Assembly (NCBI GenBank): GCA_963555755.3
Contig: OY820905.2
Span: 3,904,001-3,968,000 of the forward strand
Length of the DNA stretch: 64,000 nt
From: Nitrospirales bacterium
GTDB lineage: Bacteria > Nitrospirota > Nitrospiria > Nitrospirales > UBA8639
Direction of reading: 5' to 3'
Positions 61,293-64,000 of the stretch are shown here, in pieces. Below the pieces are notes generated by a model. It was not told where the DNA came from and ran no database searches. It saw only the letters and a program-made list of their open reading frames with translations. Position 1 is the stretch's first letter. Every line of letters begins with the position of its first letter. The position numbers and the translations under genes are program-made.

Positions 61293-61553
61293 ATTGTAAT
61301 TCCTTTTTAAAATGGGGTCAGACTCGATTTTTTGTCCGGGAAGGTGTTAGCGGAGATGAGGAAAAGAAAGTGGACCCGACCCTCGGGCTTGGGCGAAGTG
61401 GCTAGGAAGGCTGAAAGCCGTCGCTGACGCGCCAAAACTGCTATGGCGGAGGCGTTTCACGTTTTTTGGCTCTAACGCTTCAAGGCGCAAATACGCAGGT
61501 TGACCTTCCCGAGAGGGCGAGGGAGAAGATATCCGTGGTCGGGAGGGATGGTG

Positions 61554-62918
61554 TTAAAACACCCCGATAGCGTGGAGGAGGACGATGGTGACGGCGATGG
61601 GGGCGATGAAGCGAATGAGTATTCGCCAGATGGAATAGCCTACCTCACTTTTCATGTCGAGCTCATCTTGGCTGGTGTCTTTGGTCATTAACCAACCGGC
61701 AAACACGGCAATAAAAATCCCGCCTAATGGCAACATGAGATTTGAAGTGAGGTAGTCGAGGTTTTCGAAAAACGTCATCCCAAACACTGTGGTTTCCGAC
61801 CAGATATTGAACGAAAACGCCGTGCCAAATCCTAACAACCATGTGGCGAGACCAGTCCAAAGAGCCGCTTGCCGGCGGGTCATGTTGAAATTTTCGATCA
61901 TCATCGTGACGGCTGGTTCTAGGAGTGAAATCGATGACGTCCAGGCCGCGACCAGGAGCAACACAAAAAAGAGCGTCCCAAATAGGGTTCCGGCGACCAT
62001 GTTGCCGAAGGCCACGGGGATGGTTTCAAAAATGAGGCTGGGTCCTGCTCCAGGTTCGAGGGCATTGGCGAACACGATCGGGAAAATGGCCATGCCCGCG
62101 AGGAGAGCCACCATCGTATCGAAAATAGCAATGGCTATCGAGGTACTCGCGATGGATGTCCCTTTGGGAACGTACGAGCCGTAAATCATGATTATGCCTA
62201 TGCCGAGGCTCAAACTGAAAAACGCCTGGCCCATGGCCGCGTGAATGCTGGCGCCAGTGAGTTGGTTGAAGTCAGGCGTGAAGAGGTAGTCGAGCCCTTT
62301 CATGAAGTAGCCCGTGGTCATGGCATAGCCTACGAGCACGAGGAGTAGCACGAACAGCGCTGGCATAAGATAGGTGACAGCCTTTTCCAATCCGCTTTTC
62401 ACCCCTCGGGCCACGATATACACGGTGATGATCATGAACACCGTATGCCAGCCCACCTGAACGAATGGATTGCCGACGAAGTCTCCAAATAAGGTCGAAG
62501 CGTCATTGCCGTTTAAGTTAGAAAAATTGCCTGTGACCGAATGGAGGATATACCCAAGAGTCCACCCGCCGATGACGCTGTAATAGGAAAGGATCAGCAT
62601 GCTGGCTAAGGTGCCGAGCCATCCGATGAGCTGCCAGCCTTGGCTGGCATTGTTTTCTGCCGCCAATGCCCGCATGGTGTTGACCGGTGTCTGTTTTCCG
62701 CGACGACCGATCATCACCTCGGCCATCATCATGGGAATGCCCAATGCCGCGACACAGAGGATATAGATCAAGACAAACGCGCCTCCGCCGTGGATGCCCG
62801 TGAGATAGGGGAATTTCCAAATGTTCCCGAGGCCTACCGCCGCGCCGGTGGCGGCCATGATAAAGGTCCAGCGTGATGCCCATTGGCCGTGGATCGATTG
62901 TTGGTCGGAAGAAGGCAT
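61554..62918 (-). CDS. Sodium-dependent transporter (NSS/SNF family)
   Basis: 'GAAVGLGNIWKFPY', 'GQAFFSLSLG', 'TSSISLLE'. Confidence 0.95.
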   Translation of the reverse strand: MPSSDQQSIHGQWASRWTFIMAATGAAVGLGNIWKFPYLTGIHGGGAFVLIYILCVAALGIPMMMAEVMIGRRGKQTPVNTMRALAAENNASQGWQLIGWLGTLASMLILSYYSVIGGWTLGYILHSVTGNFSNLNGNDASTLFGDFVGNPFVQVGWHTVFMIITVYIVARGVKSGLEKAVTYLMPALFVLLLVLVGYAMTTGYFMKGLDYLFTPDFNQLTGASIHAAMGQAFFSLSLGIGIIMIYGSYVPKGTSIASTSIAIAIFDTMVALLAGMAIFPIVFANALEPGAGPSLIFETIPVAFGNMVAGTLFGTLFFVLLLVAAWTSSISLLEPAVTMMIENFNMTRRQAALWTGLATWLLGFGTAFSFNIWSETTVFGMTFFENLDYLTSNLMLPLGGIFIAVFAGWLMTKDTSQDELDMKSEVGYSIWRILIRFIAPIAVTIVLLHAIGVF

Positions 62919-62991
62919 GAAGGATCCTTAAAGGGTGCTTTGGCGGCGGAGTGTATCGTTCACGTTCGATGCTTGCAAGGGTTTTTTCTTA

Positions 62992-63147
62992 GGGCTCGCA
63001 CAAAAATAACTTCCCATGTTTGGCCTCGATCCATCCCGTTTGGCGGTGTTGCTCGTCCTTTCCATACGAGGAGTATGCGCAGTCCTCGTGCTTTGCCAGA
63101 CAGGTATCTCAGCACCAAAACATGGGAAGGTAGTCTTGCGCGAACCC
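62992..63147 (-). mobile_element. MITE family A, copy 6
   Basis: Reverse core; TTA on both sides. Confidence 0.88.
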
Positions 63148-63221
63148 TTAAGTTACACTGGCTAAAATACTGCCGACTTGAGATCGGGAAGGGGGCTGAT
63201 TATAGTTGGTCGGCTTGGTAA

Positions 63222-63378
63222 GGGCTCGCGCAAGAATACCTTCCCCTGTTTGGGCCTCGATCCATCCCGTTTGGCGGTGTTGCTCGTCCTTTCCATACGA
63301 GGAGTATGCGCAGTCCTCGTGCTTTGCCAGACAGGTGTCTCAGCACCAAAACAGGGGAAGGTATTCTTGCGCGAGCCC
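63222..63378 (-). mobile_element. MITE family A, copy 7
   Basis: Perfect 30-bp TIR gggctcgcgcaagaataccttcccctgttt; TAA on both sides. Confidence 0.9.
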
Positions 63379-63559
63379 TAATCCGTGTGAGGCATAGATG
63401 TGAAGCGTGAAGCGTAGGACTAATGAATAATTGGCTCCCTCATCACTCCTTACAAAACTGGCTTGCGTGAGCAGGTGACGATCCACAAGGTCTTCATAGA
63501 TCACCGAACCTTGGAGAATTAGCTTGGCGCAGTCTCAACATCAAGAAGAGGTCGAGAAC

Positions 63560-64000
63560 ATGTCGTCTGATGAGAAAACCGCTCGTCGTGTGTTCGTGCT
63601 GGCTCCGATGCCTCCGGAAAAGGCGGCCTATGCTCTTGCGCGGTATAGCCGCTCTCCGGATTCCATTGAAGAAAGTTTGAAATGGGTGCACGGGCATTCG
63701 TCGGAAAAGTTTTGGGAACAATTTTATTTTGCCTATGGCCATGGCTCGATTGCGGATCTGGGGCATGTCACGATTTCTTTGGAACAAATTTCGGAGCTGG
63801 CCGCGATTCGAGTCGAGGACGAGCCTCTATGGGATGGGCAAGCCAAATCCAGTCGGTACCAAAATTTTGCCGTCTCGGGTTGTTACGTCCCTTCGACGAT
63901 TGAAGGAACGGAAACTGAAGCAGTGTATCGGGGCGTGTTGGGGAGTTTGTTCAATCTGTATCGGACTTTTCACGATCCCTTGCAGCAGTTTCTTCGCGAG
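63560..64000 (+). CDS. thyX: FAD-dependent thymidylate synthase (3' truncated by window; not in ORF track)
   Basis: Read directly: MSSDEKTARRVFVLAPMPPEKAAYALARYSRS...FYFAYGHGSIADLGH...GQAKSSRYQ. Confidence 0.85.
   Translation, partial: MSSDEKTARRVFVLAPMPPEKAAYALARYSRSPDSIEESLKWVHGHSSEKFWEQFYFAYGHGSIADLGHVTISLEQISELAAIRVEDEPLWDGQAKSSRYQNFAVSGCYVPSTIEGTETEAVYRGVLGSLFNLYRTFHDPLQQFLRE

Noticed and set aside
61310..61550. Possible structured RNA or REP (aaatggggtcagactcgattt) between convergent genes
   Set aside because: Single occurrence in the window with no clear partner or recognisable RNA family; cannot be supported.

Overview
Bacterial chromosomal window, probably from a Nitrospira-like (Nitrospirales) organism. 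That assignment is inferred from gene content such as SmbP and the multiheme cytochrome, not tested. Positions 560-13450 are a defence hotspot between two convergent core genes, an ABC permease and bioB. It holds a FitAB/VapBC-type pair and a type I R-M operon (hsdR-hsdS...hsdM) with a CdnE+Cap15-type CBASS and a DarTG embedded in it. It also holds a DUF2283 gene, a Fic-wHTH gene and a MenAT-like nucleotidyltransferase pair. Three of these toxin-antitoxin (TA) cassettes have no integrase and are each bracketed by a diverged second copy of the neighbouring gene's terminus (permease 3' end, hsdM 5' end, bioB 3' end). The rest is mostly housekeeping: bioB, rsfS, nadD, proB, obg, rpmA, rplU, ilvE, secG, tpiA, pgk, gap, trpS, xerD, uppP, lolD, lolC/E, lysS, frameshifted prfB, lnt and thyX. 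There is also a second TA islet, an intact ISAs1 element with a DUF4338 domain and a -1 frameshift, and a DUF559 nuclease flanked by REP-like doublets. Intergenic DNA is dense with MITE/REP-like families, often nested. Several share an ERIC-like central hairpin but carry different, self-covarying terminal inverted repeats (TIRs). No rRNA, tRNA or CRISPR array was seen. All family calls come from motif recognition by eye; no searches were run.
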